A stretch of 64,000 nt of DNA from an uncultured delta proteobacterium (GCA_963790475.1 CAWBOS010000013.1:352001-416000), one strand, 5' to 3'; positions 30,245-41,404 are shown, numbered from the stretch's first letter. The notes: generated by a model from the letters alone, not told the origin. Numbers and translations are program-made.

Positions 30245-31110
30245 CCTTTGCCACCGAAAAGCCCCTGGGGCCGGAAGAGCAGGATAATAATCATGATGGT
30301 AAAACTGACTACCTGCTTCATGGAACTGGGCAAAAAGACCGTACCCAAAGATTCGGCCACCCCGATAATCAATCCCCCCACCAGGGCACCGAACAAGCTC
30401 CCCATACCGCCCAGGATGACGATTACAAAAGAGATCAGGGTGTAAGGGGCACCCATAGTGGCCTTGGCCGGCATTAAGGGCACCAGCAGAGCCCCGGCGG
30501 CCCCCACGCAGGCCGCTCCTATCCCAAAACAGAAACCATAAACGCGGTTAATATGGGCGCCAACGATCAGGGCCCCGAACCGATTGTCGGCTGTGGCCCG
30601 TATAGTCTTTCCCATTGAGGTCTTTCTCAAAAAAAGGATGACCAACAAGGTAATCAGAATGGCCAAAACAAAGGCGATGAGACGGGGGACATCTACGGTT
30701 AAGGCCCCAAAACGGATCGAGGAGAGGGCCAGGCTGGTCTTGGGACTGATATCACTCCCGCCCCAGATCATCAGAGTGCTGTTTTCGAAGATGATGCCCA
30801 TGCCGACCAGAACCAGGACTTGCATGGCCTCAGGCATGTCCAGAATCCGGTTGACGAAAATCCTTTGAACCCCGTAACCGATCCCGAACATGACGGCTGC
30901 GGTTATCGGCAGGGAGAGATAGGGATCAAGGCCCAGGGAAAGCAGAAAGGTGATCGTCAAAAACATGGCAAAGACCATCATCTCCCCGTGGGCAAAATTG
31001 ATAATCCGCATGACGCCGAAAATCAGGGATAGGCCTAAGGCAATCAACCCATAGACCCCTCCCATCAAAAATCCCTGCAAGGCTAATTGAAGAACCAGGT
31101 CAGTATTCAT
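30241..31110 (-). CDS. livH: ABC transporter permease (LivH-like)
   Basis: GLSLIFGVMRIINFAHG, LGGMGS, RPQGLFG. Confidence 0.93.
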   Translation of the reverse strand: MNTDLVLQLALQGFLMGGVYGLIALGLSLIFGVMRIINFAHGEMMVFAMFLTITFLLSLGLDPYLSLPITAAVMFGIGYGVQRIFVNRILDMPEAMQVLVLVGMGIIFENSTLMIWGGSDISPKTSLALSSIRFGALTVDVPRLIAFVLAILITLLVILFLRKTSMGKTIRATADNRFGALIVGAHINRVYGFCFGIGAACVGAAGALLVPLMPAKATMGAPYTLISFVIVILGGMGSLFGALVGGLIIGVAESLGTVFLPSSMKQVVSFTIMIIILLFRPQGLFGGKG

Positions 31111-31112
31111 TG

Positions 31113-31285
31113 ATCGTTACCTGTTTCTCGTTACTGGTTGCCGATTTTTCGTTACTCGTTACTCGATACTCGTTGCGAGTCACCCGCTATCGGTTGCCGG
31201 ATTTGGGTTGGTGGTTAAAAACATTTTCCCAATTCCGAAATGAGCAGAGGTAACCAGTAACGAGTAACGAGCAACCAACGATCAA
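31113..31285. repeat. Inverted heptamer arrays (tcgttac / gtaacga)
   Basis: tcgttactcgttactcgatactcgttg ... gtaaccagtaacgagtaacgagcaac. Confidence 0.8.
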
Positions 31286-31289
31286 TCCG

Positions 31290-32581
31290 TTACGCTCCCC
31301 GTTCCCAAAGCTGCTTCCAGGGGAAAACATAAGGGGCCTGGGCAAATTCTTTGGGCAGGACCACCTTGACCCTATCATCCACTTTCGGGTCCGGGAGAAC
31401 TTGAACCATGGCCGTTGTGGCATTGATATTATCTCCCTTATCATCAAAAATGATCGGCCCGCCGACCATGGGGTGGTCTTTAAGATTCGTTTTTCGTAAG
31501 GCTGCACGCAGCGACATTGGGGTCGGTCGATCTGGCTCGTTCCAGGGCATCGGCGATGACCTGGACCCCCACGTAACCCCAACCTGAATTAGTATCGACA
31601 TACTGGCCGGGATACTTCTTTTCATAACGTTTGTTCACATCTTTATATTTCGGGCTTTTGGGATTGACCCAGGGCACATTATCCAGGACATAATAGGCCA
31701 GCTTGTCCAGATCCTTGATATTATCCGGCTCGTACCATCCCGGGCTCCCGGGACTGATGATCCCCATCAGCCGCACCCGCTGTTTGTAAAGCTCCCGAAG
31801 CATCAATTTGGCATCCCCCGTCCGGGTCACCGGGAAAAGGACATCCGGTTTGGCATCCTTAATCTTGGCCACCTCGGCGGAGAGGTCTTGGACCCCCAGG
31901 GGATATTCCAGGTGTTCAATGATCTCGAAGGGCCATTTTTTGTCTTTGACCAATTTGACAAAAGCCGCTCCCTGAGTGCGTCCAAAAGCATCGCCGACAT
32001 TGGAAACTACGATTCTTTTAATATTAACCTTCTTTTCCCTGATAATCTGATCCATGAATTTTCCCATACTAACCATAAATAGCTCCGTTTTGGGAAAACA
32101 ACGAAAAACGTTTTTATACCCCTTGGCCGTGATGGCGTCCAGGGCCGCCACATCAATAACAAAAGGGATATTTCGTTGTTCGGCCAAAGTAGCGATGGCC
32201 ATGGCCGGACCGCTTAAAAAAGGCCCTACCAGACATACAGCCCCTTCGTTAATCAGTCCTCTCGGCCGCGGACCTGGCTATTTCTTCTTTGGCCTCGTGA
32301 TCTCCCAATAACAATTTTAGCCTGGCCCCGCCCATGGATTTGATTCCACCGCGGGCGTTGATGTCATCAACGGCCATCTTATTCATGCGCTGCATGGCGA
32401 TCCCAATGTCAGGAATAGGACCGGTAACCGGCTGGATGGAACCGATGATGATTTCTTTGGGCGCGGCCCCGCGTAAGATAGCCGGAAAGCCGGTCAGGGT
32501 AGCGGCCGCCCCGATGGCGGCCGAGGTTTTAATAAAATTTCTCCGACTGATTCCTGTTCCCTCCACTTTTTCCTTTTCCAT
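31290..32581 (-). pseudogene. Tat-exported LivK-like substrate-binding protein with two +1 frameshifts (about 32258 and 31512); possibly sequencing error
   Basis: SRRNFIK twin-arginine signal; three consecutive ORF pieces join into one SBP. Confidence 0.82.
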
Positions 32582-32832
32582 GGTATCCCCCTTTATAAAG
32601 ACTATAATGAAATATCGGGTATGAATAATCCCGTTTTACGCCTTTTATATAAGGGAAAAAACTTGATAAAGTCAAGAGAGACTTCAATAAATCCCCATTT
32701 AATCGAATTCCACTGAAAAAACCTGGCATTTCCCCTTGACCAGGATAATGGCTTGTTATATAAAAGAAAACAATAGGGGAAAGGGATGAAGTCCGGGTTT
32801 TACTTAAAATGAATAGCGCCATCTGGAGATAA

Positions 32833-33210
32833 ATGATTTACGGTATCGGAGTTGATCTGGTTAAAATGGCCAGGATCGAGTCGGCCATGGAAACCTGGGG
32901 AGAACGATTTCAAAAAAAGATCTTCACTGAAAAAGAACGATCCCTTTGTCTCAGTAAACCACGCCCAACCCGTTATTGGGCCATGCGCTTCGCCGCCAAA
33001 GAGGCCTTTTCCAAGGCTATCGGCTTGGGAATGCGAAAGGGCATTTTTTGGAAGGACATTGAAGTCACCTCCAATTCCTTTGGCAAACCGGAATTGGTCC
33101 TCCATGGACGGGCAAAAGAAATCTGTTATGAAACAGGAATCAAAAATAGTTTTTTAACCTTGAGCGATGAAGACGGCTATGCCGTCGCGGTGGTGGTTTT
33201 AGAGATTTAG
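32833..33210 (+). CDS. acpS: Holo-[acyl-carrier-protein] synthase
   Basis: GIGVDLV, RFAAKEAFSKA, GKPEL. Confidence 0.96.
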   Translation: MIYGIGVDLVKMARIESAMETWGERFQKKIFTEKERSLCLSKPRPTRYWAMRFAAKEAFSKAIGLGMRKGIFWKDIEVTSNSFGKPELVLHGRAKEICYETGIKNSFLTLSDEDGYAVAVVVLEI

Positions 33211-33263
33211 AAGAGATTGTAATAATATATTTTACCAATTAATTTAACAAAAGGGATATAAAA

Positions 33264-33337
33264 AGTTCGGAGTTCGGAGTTCAGAGTTGGGGACCTGGAA
33301 AGGTTAGGTTGCTCCGAACTAATCACTTTCGAACTCT
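33264..33337. repeat. Inverted heptamer arrays (agttcgg / ccgaact)
   Basis: agttcggagttcggagttcagagtt ... ctccgaact...ttcgaactc. Confidence 0.75.
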
Positions 33338-33393
33338 CTATTAAGTGATTCCTTGATTCCTGAGCACGTTGAATCTTTATTAAGGCAGGCAAA

Positions 33394-34992
33394 ATGATCC
33401 TAACCACAGCGCTGCAAATGAAACAACTGGATCAACAGACCATTCAGGAATTCGGTCTGCCCGGGCCGGTTCTGATGGAAAATGCCGCCCGTGGGGCGGT
33501 CCAGGTCGTTCAGCGTCTGTATCCCCAGGCCCGTTCTGTAGCCCTGTTCTGCGGAAAAGGAAATAACGGAGGAGATGGTTTGGCCATGGCCCGTTATTTT
33601 CATACCCAGGGTCTTAGAGTAAAAGTTTTATTAACCGGACCAGGGATGGAATTAAAAGGAGATGCCGCCCTTCAGCTCCTTCTAACGGACAGGCTCAAGA
33701 TCCCGGTAGAGGAATTAAAAGAGAAAATTAATTTCTCGGCCCTCAGGCAAGAAGTCTTTCATTTCGACCTTTTGGTGGACGCCCTTCTGGGCACCGGATT
33801 AGAAAAAGAGGTGCGAGGCCTTTTCCGGGATTTGATCCAGCTCATGAATGAACTGCCCATTCCTAAAGTAGCGATCGACATCCCTTCCGGTCTGTCTTCC
33901 GACAGCGGTCAACCCCTGGGACTATGCACTCAGGCCGACCTGACCGTCACCTTCGGTCTCCCTAAAGTCGGACAGATACTTTTTCCCGGCAGCCGGTTTG
34001 TCGGAAGGCTTTTTGTCGTCGACATAGGCCTCCCACCGGCAATCTATCCCCTCCCATCGGAACGAGTGGAATTACTGGAGGCCGGGATTCTGGCCCGGTT
34101 CCTGACCCCAAGGGACCCCGAAGGTCACAAGGGATCTTATGGCCATGCGCTGGTCCTGGCCGGTTCGAAGGGTAGGACCGGAGCTGCGACCATGACCTGC
34201 CTGGGGGCCTTGCGGGCCGGGGCCGGTTTGGTGACCCTGGGTATACCGGAAAGTTTGAACGCTATTATGGAAGTCAAGCTGACCGAGGCCATGACCGAAC
34301 CCTTGCCGGAAGGAGAACCAGGGTTCTTAGGTCCGGCGGCCCTTCCCAAGATTCGATCCTTGTGTCAGGGGAAAAAGGCCCTGGCCATTGGACCCGGTCT
34401 TTCCACCTCGCCCGGGACAATATCCTTGATGCAGGCCCTAATGCCCGAATTAAGAGAGATCCCGGTGGTCATTGATGCCGATGGTTTGAATGCCCTGGCC
34501 GAGGCTCCGGAAGGATTAAAGACCCTGGCCGGTCGGGCCGTTTTAACCCCCCATCCGGGGGAAATGTCTCGATTGTCGGGCCAGACGGTTAAGGAAATTC
34601 AGGCCGATCGGATCCGGAGCGCTGGTGCGTTTTCCCGAAAATACGGAATAGTGGTTGTGCTGAAAGGGGCCAGGACCGTCATTGCCGATCCGCAAGGACC
34701 AGTCTATCTGAATCCTGTCGCCCATTCGGTATTGGCCAGCGGAGGAACCGGAGATGTTTTAACCGGCCTGATCCTCGGCTTTTTGGCCCAGGGATTGTCC
34801 CCCATAGATGCTGCTTGTCTGGGGGTTTTTCTACATGGACAGGCCGGGGCCTGCCTGGCCGACGAGCGCGGCGGACAAGGGATTCTGGCTTCGGAACTAT
34901 TGGATAAAATCCCGGGCCTGATATCCAAAAAAGGCATTTGGCAAACCCGCGACCGATTCCCTATCCCGTTGGTCAAAGAAGTGGAGCTGTGA
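33394..34992 (+). CDS. nnr: Bifunctional NAD(P)H-hydrate epimerase/dehydratase
   Basis: CGKGNNGGDG, DALLGTG, HKGSYG, DADGLN, TPHPGEM, GGTGDVL. Confidence 0.96.
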   Translation: MILTTALQMKQLDQQTIQEFGLPGPVLMENAARGAVQVVQRLYPQARSVALFCGKGNNGGDGLAMARYFHTQGLRVKVLLTGPGMELKGDAALQLLLTDRLKIPVEELKEKINFSALRQEVFHFDLLVDALLGTGLEKEVRGLFRDLIQLMNELPIPKVAIDIPSGLSSDSGQPLGLCTQADLTVTFGLPKVGQILFPGSRFVGRLFVVDIGLPPAIYPLPSERVELLEAGILARFLTPRDPEGHKGSYGHALVLAGSKGRTGAATMTCLGALRAGAGLVTLGIPESLNAIMEVKLTEAMTEPLPEGEPGFLGPAALPKIRSLCQGKKALAIGPGLSTSPGTISLMQALMPELREIPVVIDADGLNALAEAPEGLKTLAGRAVLTPHPGEMSRLSGQTVKEIQADRIRSAGAFSRKYGIVVVLKGARTVIADPQGPVYLNPVAHSVLASGGTGDVLTGLILGFLAQGLSPIDAACLGVFLHGQAGACLADERGGQGILASELLDKIPGLISKKGIWQTRDRFPIPLVKEVEL

Positions 34993-35003
34993 ATAGGAAA
35001 GAC

Positions 35004-35068
35004 CCGTTCATCGTTTATCGTTCGTCGTTAGTCGATGAACACCGAACGCTGAACAGTGAACGATAAAT
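35004..35068. repeat. Inverted degenerate heptamer arrays (cgttcat / tgaacg)
   Basis: cgttcatcgtttatcgttcgtcgttag ... gaacaccgaacgctgaacagtgaacg. Confidence 0.7.
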
Positions 35069-35139
35069 AATGCACATTTTTTTTAAATCCTCCAATATCC
35101 CTTACACCGGGATCTAGATGATTAAGTTAGGAGCAAAAT

Positions 35140-35589
35140 ATGACCCAGGCCAAGGACATCATGACCCAGGAAGTGATTACCGTAAAAGAAGATACGCCGA
35201 TTTCCGAAGTGGCTCAAATCCTGACCGAAAAACATATCAGCGGAGTACCTGTTTTAAACCCTGAGCAGCAGGTGGTCGGGATCGTTTGTGAAAGCGATAT
35301 TATCGACCAGACCAAACGGCTGCATCTGCCGACCGTTGTTAATTTAATGGGCTATATTGTTTTTTTGGAAAGCGGGAAAAAATTTGAGCAGGAGTTAAAA
35401 AAGATGATCGGGTTGGTCGCCGCGGATATCATGACCCGGGCGGTCAAAAGCGTGACCCCTGAGACCCCGCTGGAAGATATCGCCGCGCTCATGACCGAAT
35501 ACCATGTTCATTCCATCCCCGTCCTGGATGGAAAAACCCTGGTGGGGATAATCGGCAAGAAGGACATCGTCCATTCATTGGCCCAATAA
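35140..35589 (+). CDS. CBS domain-containing protein
   Basis: Two CBS repeats (DIMT, ISGVPV, GIV; DIMT, SIPV, GII). Confidence 0.93.
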   Translation: MTQAKDIMTQEVITVKEDTPISEVAQILTEKHISGVPVLNPEQQVVGIVCESDIIDQTKRLHLPTVVNLMGYIVFLESGKKFEQELKKMIGLVAADIMTRAVKSVTPETPLEDIAALMTEYHVHSIPVLDGKTLVGIIGKKDIVHSLAQ

Positions 35590-35601
35590 GAGGTTGGAGT
35601 T

Positions 35602-36105
35602 TTGGAAGGTCTGTTTTATGAGGAGGTGGCCGAAGGCGAGGAGGCCACAGAACGACTGGGCCGCCGATTGGCCTCGCTGTTCCTGGGCGGAGACGTGATC
35701 GCCCTGTATGGAGAATTAGGGGCCGGCAAGACCTGTCTGGTCCGCGGCCTGGCCCAAGGCCTGGGCCTGGAGAAAGAGTTGGTATCCAGTCCCTCTTTTT
35801 CTTTAATCAACGAATACCCCGGACCGCTGCCTCTTTTTCATATGGATTGTTACCGCCTGGGGCGGGAAGAAGAATTCGAGGAACTCGGGCTGGAAGAATA
35901 TTTCGACGGCCCGGGGATTTCGATTATTGAATGGGCCGAACGGATCAAAGATTTGCCGGAAGAACGACTGGATATTTCAATCACCATTTTGGATGAATCC
36001 CGGAGACGGATCCAAATAAAAGGATCTGGGTCCATGGTCAATCGTTTACAGGATTGGAATCATAAATGCAGAATTCAGGAGTCCAAAGTCAGAGGTCAGA
36101 AGTAA
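35602..36105 (+). CDS. tsaE: tRNA threonylcarbamoyladenosine biosynthesis ATPase
   Basis: [24 protein letters not shown]. Confidence 0.95.
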   Translation: MEGLFYEEVAEGEEATERLGRRLASLFLGGDVIALYGELGAGKTCLVRGLAQGLGLEKELVSSPSFSLINEYPGPLPLFHMDCYRLGREEEFEELGLEEYFDGPGISIIEWAERIKDLPEERLDISITILDESRRRIQIKGSGSMVNRLQDWNHKCRIQESKVRGQK

Positions 36106-36207
36106 AATGGACTTCCCAAGGGCTAATTTTCATCTTCTGGATTCTGACTCCTGGATTCCATATTCTTTAGTGAAAGAATAATATATTTTCCAAGCAGGAG
36201 GCAATTC

Positions 36208-37431
36208 ATGTCCTTGATTGTTCAAAAATACGGAGGAACCTCGGTCGGTTCCATAGAAAAAATCCGTAATGTGGCCGAGCGGGTCATCGAGATGAAGAAA
36301 AAAGGCCACGATATAGTGGTGGTGCTGTCGGCCATGTCCGGGGAGACGGACAAACTGATCCGCCTGGCCCATGAGATAACCGAATCGCCCAATCCGCGGG
36401 AATTGGATGTTCTGATTTCCACCGGGGAACAGGTCTCTGTGGCTTTGTTCAGCATGGCCGTCCAAAGTCTGGGTTTTAAGGCCTCATCCCTTTTAGGACA
36501 TCAGACAAGGATCATTACCGATGATGCCTATGGCCGGGCCAGAATCAACGAGATCGATACCCGGCGGATTATGGAAGAGATACGGAAAGATAAAATTGTA
36601 GTCGTAGCCGGTTTTCAAGGTCAGGATGAAAAAGGGAATATCACCACCCTTGGACGGGGGGGTTCGGATACCACGGCCGTAGCCGTGGCCGCGGCCTTAA
36701 AGGCCCAGGTCTGCGAGATTTTTACCGATGTGGAAGGGGTCTATACCACGGACCCCAATATCTGCCCCAAGGCCAGAAAGATGAAAAAAATATCCTATGA
36801 GGAAATGCTGGAAATGGCCAGTCTGGGGGCAAAAGTCCTGGAGATTCGTTCTGTGGAATTTGCTAAAAAATTTAAGGTCCCGGTGCATGTCCGCTCGACC
36901 TTTACCAATAAGGAGGGAACAATGGTGGTTCAAGAAGATAAAAGCATGGAAAAGATTCTGGTTTCAGGGGTTACCTACAATAAAAATGAAGCCCGAATTA
37001 CCATCACCAAAGTGCCGGATCGCCCGGGTACAGCGACCAAGATTTTTGTCCCCATCTCCGAGGCCGGGGTAGTGGTGGACATGATCATCCAGAATACCAG
37101 TGCCGAAGGTTTGACCGATCTGACCTTTACGGTGCCCAAAACCGATTTTAAAAAAACCATGAATATCGTCAAAAAGATCGCCAAGGAGATCAAGGCCGAA
37201 CGGGTTCTGGGAGACGAAAATATCGCCAAAGTCTCCATTATCGGATTGGGGATGCGCAATCACGCCGGAGTGGCCACCACCATGTTCTCGGCCCTGGCCA
37301 AAGAAGGGATCAACATCATGATGATTTCCACCTCCGAGATCAAGATCTCCTGCGTCATCGATGAGAAGTACACCGAACTGGCGGTCCGAACCCTGCACAG
37401 CGCCTTTCATTTGGATGAGGAACCCAAATAA
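36208..37431 (+). CDS. lysC: Aspartate kinase
   Basis: QKYGGTSV, TTLGRGGSD, TDVEGVYTTDP, two ACT domains. Confidence 0.97.
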   Translation: MSLIVQKYGGTSVGSIEKIRNVAERVIEMKKKGHDIVVVLSAMSGETDKLIRLAHEITESPNPRELDVLISTGEQVSVALFSMAVQSLGFKASSLLGHQTRIITDDAYGRARINEIDTRRIMEEIRKDKIVVVAGFQGQDEKGNITTLGRGGSDTTAVAVAAALKAQVCEIFTDVEGVYTTDPNICPKARKMKKISYEEMLEMASLGAKVLEIRSVEFAKKFKVPVHVRSTFTNKEGTMVVQEDKSMEKILVSGVTYNKNEARITITKVPDRPGTATKIFVPISEAGVVVDMIIQNTSAEGLTDLTFTVPKTDFKKTMNIVKKIAKEIKAERVLGDENIAKVSIIGLGMRNHAGVATTMFSALAKEGINIMMISTSEIKISCVIDEKYTELAVRTLHSAFHLDEEPK

Positions 37432-37469
37432 TAAAAAGCCTGAAGGTTGAAGGCTGAAGGCAAAAGGAT

Positions 37470-39072
37470 ATGAAACCCATAGAAATCTATGATTGTACCC
37501 TTCGGGACGGCACCCAGGCCGAAGATTTTAATCTCTCGGTGGAAGACAAAATCCGGATCGCTCAAAAACTGGACGAATTGGGTGTAGCCTATATTGAAGG
37601 CGGCTGGCCGGGTTCCAATCCCAAGGACGTGGAGTTTTTTCAGGCCATGAAAGACGTTTCTTTCAAGACAGGCCCTTTTAGCCGCCTTTGGCAGTACCCA
37701 CAACCCCAAAACCGTACCGGAGAAAGATCCTAATCTGAAGGCCCTGATCCAGGCCCAAACTCCGGTCATCACTATCTTCGGCAAGAGCTGGGATGTCCAT
37801 GTCCATGATGCCCTGCGGATACCCCTGGAAACAAATCTCAAAATTATCGAAGATTCCCTGTCCCTGGTCCGACCCAAGGTGCGCAAGCTCTTTTACGATG
37901 CCGAACATTTTTTCGACGGCTATCAGGCCAACCCGGAATATGCCCTCGCCACCTTAAAGGCCGCCCTAAGAGGCCAAGGCGGATTGCCTGGTCCTTTGCG
38001 ATACCAATGGCGGGAACCTTGCCCAGCCGACTGACCTCCATCATCCAGGCTGTTAAAAAAGAAATTAAAGGCGCCTCCCTTGGGAATTCATGTCCATAAT
38101 GACTGCGATTGTTCGGTGGCCAATGTAATGGCCGCCGTGGAATGCGGGATCAGACACGTGCAGGGAACCATCAATGGCTTCGGAGATCGTTGCGGCAATG
38201 CCAACCTTTGTTCCATCATCCCCAATCTGCAGTTAAAACTCGGATTCCAGGCCCTTGACCCTGAACAGTTTGAAAAAAATCCGTGAACTTTCCCGTTTTG
38301 TCGACGAACTGGCCAACATCCGTCACAATAAATATCAACCCTATGTGGGGGACAGTGCCTTCTCTCATAAAGGGGGAATCCATGTCAGTGCCGTGATAAA
38401 AAATCCGGAAACCTATGAGCACATCCGTCCCGAGCTGGTCGGAAATGTGCAGACGGATCTTGATCTCCGACCTGGCCGGCAAGAAGCAACATCCTCTCCA
38501 AGGCCAAGGGATATGGTCTGGATATAACCAGCAAAGACCCGGTGGTTGCATCCGATATTTTGTCTCAGTTAAAAGAACTGGAACATCAGGGATTCCAGTA
38601 TGAAGGGGCGGAAGGTTCTTTTGAATTATTGATGAATCGGGCCATGGGGACCCGGCAGCAATATTTTGAACTGGAATGGTATCGGGTTACCGTCCAGAAG
38701 GTTCGGGAAGATCAGCCCCCCGTTGTCGAGGCGACCATCATTGTCAAGGTCAAAGGTCAGGTTGAACATACGGCCGCCCTGGGTAACGGTCCGGTCAATG
38801 CCCTGGACAACGCCCTTAGAAAAGCCTTGCTACGTTTTTATCCGGAATTAAAGGAAGTAAGTCTGGATGATTATAAAGTCCGCGTCCTTTCCAGCGTAGA
38901 AGGAACAGGGGCCCGGGTCCGGGTCTTGATCGAATCCGGAGACCGGGAAGACAAATGGGGAACGGTCGGAGTTTCCACCGATATCCTGGAAGCTTCCTGG
39001 CAGGCCTTGGTGGACAGTATTACCTATAAACTTTATAAAGAGGAAAAGAAAAGGAGCCAGAGAAACAAATAA
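37470..39072 (+). pseudogene. cimA: Citramalate synthase with multiple single-base frameshifts (probably assembly errors)
   Basis: [59 protein letters not shown] spread over several frames. Confidence 0.88.
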
Positions 39073-39085
39073 ATCGAAGTCTATG

Positions 39086-39171
39086 AATTTCGGATTGCGG
39101 AAGTTCTAGTAATTTAAGAAGGTTCCCTTCACTAAGGGCATTCCGTATTCCGAAATCCGAAATCCGAAATT
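39086..39171. repeat. Inverted heptamer arrays (atttcgg / ccgaaat)
   Basis: aatttcggattgcgg ... ttccgtattccgaaatccgaaatccgaaat. Confidence 0.75.
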
Positions 39172-39174
39172 AGA

Positions 39175-39369
39175 ATGGACCTTATTCCTGTTATAGAAAC
39201 CGAAGATTGTATCGGGTGCGGAAGCTGCGTGGAGATCTGCCCGGAGGTGTTTATTCTTAATGAGAGCCTGGAAAAGGCCCAGGTGATCAACCCCGAAGGC
39301 TGTCCTGCGGGAAAAATCGAGGAAGCGATGGAAATTTGCCCGGTGCACTGTATTCATTGGGAGGAATGA
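39175..39369 (+). CDS. Ferredoxin (single-cluster, Desulfovibrio-type)
   Basis: CIGCGSCVEICP ... CPVHCI, 64 aa acidic. Confidence 0.92.
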   Translation: MDLIPVIETEDCIGCGSCVEICPEVFILNESLEKAQVINPEGCPAGKIEEAMEICPVHCIHWEE

Positions 39370-39998
39370 ATCTCGTTCAAGGTGCTTCCTTGCGGATTAT
39401 AATTAAGGCCATGTCTTTAAAAAACTCTGAATTCTCCGAATTCATCCGTCTCCGGCAAAAAGGACTTTTTCTATTTTCCTTCCTGATTCTGGGATTTTTA
39501 GGTTTCCGCTTTGCAGAAATGAATCAAAAACCGACTTTGTCGGGAAAAGTATGGACCGAGAAAAGCATAACGATTGAACTGCAAGGGAAAGTCCAGCGGC
39601 CCGGCCTCTTGGTCTATTCTAAGCCGCCCACGGTTCAACAGATAATCCGGGATGATGGGGGGACTAAGGGTGATCCTTCCTTTTCTGCCTCCCAAGGGAA
39701 GGAAGTTCTGTTTCGAGATTCGGCCCTTATAATTGAGGCAGTAACGAATGAAAAAATACTCATTCAAAAAAAACCTCTTTCAGTCCGGGCCCTTTGGATC
39801 CTCGGGCGACCCATTCCGCTCAATCGGGCCACGGTAGAGGATCTAGACCGGATTCCGGGGATCGGTCCGGGCCTGGCCCAGCGTATTTGGGAATACCGGC
39901 AAGCGCTGGGAAACTTTTCATCACTGGGTCAATTAAAGGAAGTGAATGGTATTAAAGAAAAAACCTACGAAAAATTAAAAAAGTATCTAACTCTTTAG
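39366..39998 (+). CDS. comEA: ComEA-family helix-hairpin-helix DNA-binding protein
   Basis: N-terminal TM, GKVQRPG, LNRATVEDLDRIPGIGPGLA, VNGIKEK. Confidence 0.82.
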   Translation: MNLVQGASLRIIIKAMSLKNSEFSEFIRLRQKGLFLFSFLILGFLGFRFAEMNQKPTLSGKVWTEKSITIELQGKVQRPGLLVYSKPPTVQQIIRDDGGTKGDPSFSASQGKEVLFRDSALIIEAVTNEKILIQKKPLSVRALWILGRPIPLNRATVEDLDRIPGIGPGLAQRIWEYRQALGNFSSLGQLKEVNGIKEKTYEKLKKYLTL

Positions 39999-40096
39999 CT
40001 TATAGGTCAAAGCTCATAGCTCTAAGTTTAACGGGAAAAAGGGGTGTAGCTATGAGCTATCAGCCATGAGCCCTGTGCTAAAAAGGAGGATTTATC

Positions 40097-41317
40097 ATGT
40101 CTTCTAAGAATATCAAAAGAATCGGCGTTATTACCAGCGGCGGGGATTGCGGCGGCCTTAATGCGGTAATTAAAGGCATTGCTCGTGAAGCATTTGCCCT
40201 GGGTATTGAATCGGTGGTTATCCCCAACGGCTATGCCGGTCTGTACAATCTGGTGGATATGAATGATGTGGTCTTGCTTGATGCCGACCGGGTCAGCCGC
40301 ATCGAGGCTTCTCTGGCCGGATCCGAGGCCGGCCATTCCCGGGTCAAGATCAGCAAGATCGCCGATCCCAATAAATATGAGCGGATCAAAGAAGGTCTTA
40401 AAAAATTCGGCATCGATGCCCTGATCATCAGCGGCGGCGACGATACCGGCAGTGTGGTTATGGATCTCAGTTCCCGGGATATCCCCTGTATTCATGTCCC
40501 CAAGACCATGGACCTGGATCTCCAGCCCTATAGCGTCGGCGGGGATTCCGCCATCAACCGAATCGCCATTTTTGCCAGGGACTTGAAGACCACAGGCTTA
40601 AGTCATAACCGCATCCTGGTTATTGAGGTCTTCGGGCGATATGTAGGACATACGGCCTTTCGGGGTGGGGTGGGGGCTGAAGCCGATTGTATACTGATTC
40701 CGGAAGTTCCTGTCGATTTTAATGTGGTCTATGAGCATATGTGGAAGACCTACAGCAACCGGATAGAAAGAAGTGATGTCAAGGCCGGGACCTATATTAT
40801 TGTAGTGGCTGAAGGGATGACCGACGCCAGCGGGCAGCTGCTTTACGATGAATCGGCCGGCGTGGACGCCTTTGGCCATAAAAAGCTGGCCGGTGCCGGA
40901 AGGTATGTCCGACAACAGTTGGAAAAACGGTTAAAGGACGATCCTGCTGTCCCCACCTTCATGAGGCATGTCGGCATGTACGCCCCCGGGGTTTATGAGA
41001 TTCCCGAGGTTAGAGAGGTGACCCCGGGACATCTGGTGCGGTCCGGCCCATCCTCCGCCTTTGATGTCAATTTCGGCCAAAGGGCCGGGGCGGTGGCGGT
41101 CCTGCTTTTATTGGAGAACAAAACCGGTACGACCCTGGTCAGCGTGAATGGAAACCAGATCACTTATATGCCCACCTCGGAAGCCATCAAGCGGCGGGAA
41201 GTGGATGTGGCTGAGCTGGCCCTTTTTGAAAGCCTGGGCACCTGCTTCGGCAGAAAACCGAAAAAGTACGATTATCATCTTAAGGAACAAACAGAAATTT
41301 GTGAGAGACACCTATAG
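40097..41317 (+). CDS. pfkA: 6-phosphofructokinase family protein, probably PPi-dependent
   Basis: TSGGDCGGLN, GGDDT, PKTMD, EVFGR, VAEG, DAFGH. Confidence 0.88.
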   Translation: MSSKNIKRIGVITSGGDCGGLNAVIKGIAREAFALGIESVVIPNGYAGLYNLVDMNDVVLLDADRVSRIEASLAGSEAGHSRVKISKIADPNKYERIKEGLKKFGIDALIISGGDDTGSVVMDLSSRDIPCIHVPKTMDLDLQPYSVGGDSAINRIAIFARDLKTTGLSHNRILVIEVFGRYVGHTAFRGGVGAEADCILIPEVPVDFNVVYEHMWKTYSNRIERSDVKAGTYIIVVAEGMTDASGQLLYDESAGVDAFGHKKLAGAGRYVRQQLEKRLKDDPAVPTFMRHVGMYAPGVYEIPEVREVTPGHLVRSGPSSAFDVNFGQRAGAVAVLLLLENKTGTTLVSVNGNQITYMPTSEAIKRREVDVAELALFESLGTCFGRKPKKYDYHLKEQTEICERHL

Positions 41318-41404
41318 AAGGTTCAAGGTCTAAGGTTCAAGGTTTTAAGCATAAAATAAACCTTTCCGATTACCTTAGACCTTGGACCTTGGGCCTTAAA
41401 CCTT
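41318..41404. repeat. Inverted heptamer arrays (aaggttc / gaccttg)
   Basis: aaggttcaaggtctaaggttcaaggtttt ... ccttagaccttggaccttgggccttaaacctt. Confidence 0.8.
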
